A stretch of DNA of 64,000 nt. Source: Tubulanus polymorphus (Eukaryota > Animalia > Nemertea). The position numbers and the translations under genes were made by a program. The first letter of the stretch is position 1, and each line of letters starts with the position of its first letter. The stretch covers positions 12,710,001-12,774,000 of the forward strand of contig NC_134025.1 in NCBI RefSeq assembly GCF_964204645.1, read 5' to 3'. The notes under the pieces were generated by a model. The model did not search any database and was not told where the DNA came from. It was given only the letters and a program-made list of their open reading frames with translations. Positions 62,316 through 64,000 of this stretch are shown here, in pieces.

Positions 62316-64000
62316 ATTATTATTATTATTTTTTTCCACACATTTTTTGTCAAAAGTACATAGGCTTTTTTACCTTACCGCTGTTGCCGATACAATCCGT
62401 CTGATATCATTCAGCTCAGTTCGATCTACAAATACTCCGTGCGAATTTTGAAGAATCAACGTTACAAAAGCACTGTCGGGCCGTAAACATCGAAAATTGA
62501 GCCCCATTCAAAGAGCCGACATGTTTTTCTAAGTCGTCTTTCCGAAATCTACCGCACGTTTCTTGTCACATCGATTATCAATTCAAGCATAAATTAACAA
62601 ATTTATTACCGAAAGATTGCACATTCTGTCGCGGTTTTTAAAAACTAATTTTAACAGTAACCCATTTTCCTCATCAAATTATATTACTGATACACAGGAA
62701 ATTTACTACTTTAGATTTTAAAAGCAGTGTCGAGGCTAAACATCGACAAATCGACGTGTGTCACTACATAGTCGTTCCGTGGCTGAGAATCAAATCGAGT
62801 ACAAATTAATTTATTACTACAAGTGATTTGGCTGCGGGCGTTAAGCAGTTAATTTAGCAATACCTATTTTTCTTTACCAAAATTAAACGTGTATTTACTA
62901 AGATAAATCATGAGTGTACCGGGGAGTCGTAGGCCTAAACGAAACACGCCGAAGAGATATAGCGGAGAAAAGCTGTTATGTCGACGAGGTATCAAAATAA
63001 AATAATATATTACTTTATTCGGCCGCGGGCATCAACCTCTATATCAATACCATCAATACTCTATAGTTCCTACAGTACATACCGATCATTGTCAAATGCA
63101 CAAGGTATTTACTAAATACAAGTATATAACACACTCCTTTCCGTATGCTGGAGTCACACTTGAAATTTGGAGTAAGCGTTCGCTGTGGGGGAAAGGAGAT
63201 CGTTCGCTTTGTCGCTTGAAGTGTTTATCGAGTTTGACGCGGCTTTAGGCCTACCGGTACTGTCTCAAACAAACACAGTATAATTGTTGCGTTTATTAAC
63301 GGACTCATTGGATAGAACTTCAAAACAAAATTTACGATATTTAGGTGGGTTGTTATTCAATAGGCCTACGACCAATCTGTCCGGATGTTAGGCCTACGCA
63401 TATACATAGGCTTACATAGGCTAGTAGCCTCTACTAGGTTAAGCGTTCGCTGTGGGGGAACGGAGATCGTTCGATGTGTCGCTTGAAATGTTTATCGAGT
63501 TTTACGCGACCTTAAGGCTTTAGTATTGTGGCTGATAAGGGCCATGCGTAAAAAAAACACGTATTTGCAAATGAGGGCGACATTATGACAAAATGACAAA
63601 ACTAAAATAACGCGACAAAACAATAATTTTGGTTTTGTCGCCCGCGACAATTCATTATTTTGGTTTTATCGCCCGCGACAATTTATTATTTCGGTTTTAT
63701 CGCCCGCGACAATTCATTAATTTGGTTTTAGTCACCCGCGACAAATCAATATTTTGGTTTTGTCGCCCACGACAATTCAATATTTTGGTTTTATCGCCCG
63801 CGACAATTCATTATTTTGGTTTTATCGCCCGCGACAATTTATTATTTCGGTTTTATTGCCCGCGACAATTCATTAATTTGGTTTTAGTCACCCGCGACAA
63901 ATCAATATTTTGGTTTTGTCGCCCACGACAATTCAATATTTTGGTTTTATCGCCCGCGACAATTCATTATTTTGGTTTTATCGCCCGCGACAATTCATTA
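62316..64000 (+). mobile_element. HINE-like unit 3 (runs off the window), with 31-bp satellite from ~63625
   Basis: 62330-62720 is near identical to 51530-51940. Confidence 0.75.

Overview
This is AT-rich eukaryotic DNA, most likely a marine invertebrate. The window is made almost entirely of nested transposable elements and their cargo; I see no ordinary host housekeeping gene. (1) 1-19.1 kb holds a divergent, intron-rich gene pair. The minus-strand gene encodes 'HYHC' zinc fingers and runs off the left edge. The roughly 30-exon plus-strand gene reads, when spliced by hand, as USP/C19 deubiquitinase - tandem micro-exons - Ginger2/Tdd (KRBA2/SCAND3-like) HHCC+DDE integrase - CxC - PHD - unknown C-terminal domain, with several frameshifts and stops. 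(2) A ~380-bp inverted repeat lies just downstream. (3) A frameshifted hAT transposon with a 6-bp TSD sits inside a palindromic MITE. (4) An RPA-like OB-fold gene follows. (5) A Ty3/gypsy element has a 2.3-kb LTR, a tRNA-Leu PBS and an extra C2H2 zinc-finger ORF, and is inserted in a LINE tail. (6) An AT-rich Polinton/dsDNA-virus-like fragment carries an HNH-type gene. (7) A head-to-tail array of Helentron-like non-autonomous units carries a 31-bp satellite, a LINE RT fragment and a MULE-like element holding a second USP Cys-box exon. Many small MITEs are scattered throughout. All family assignments come from motif recognition by eye, not database searches.
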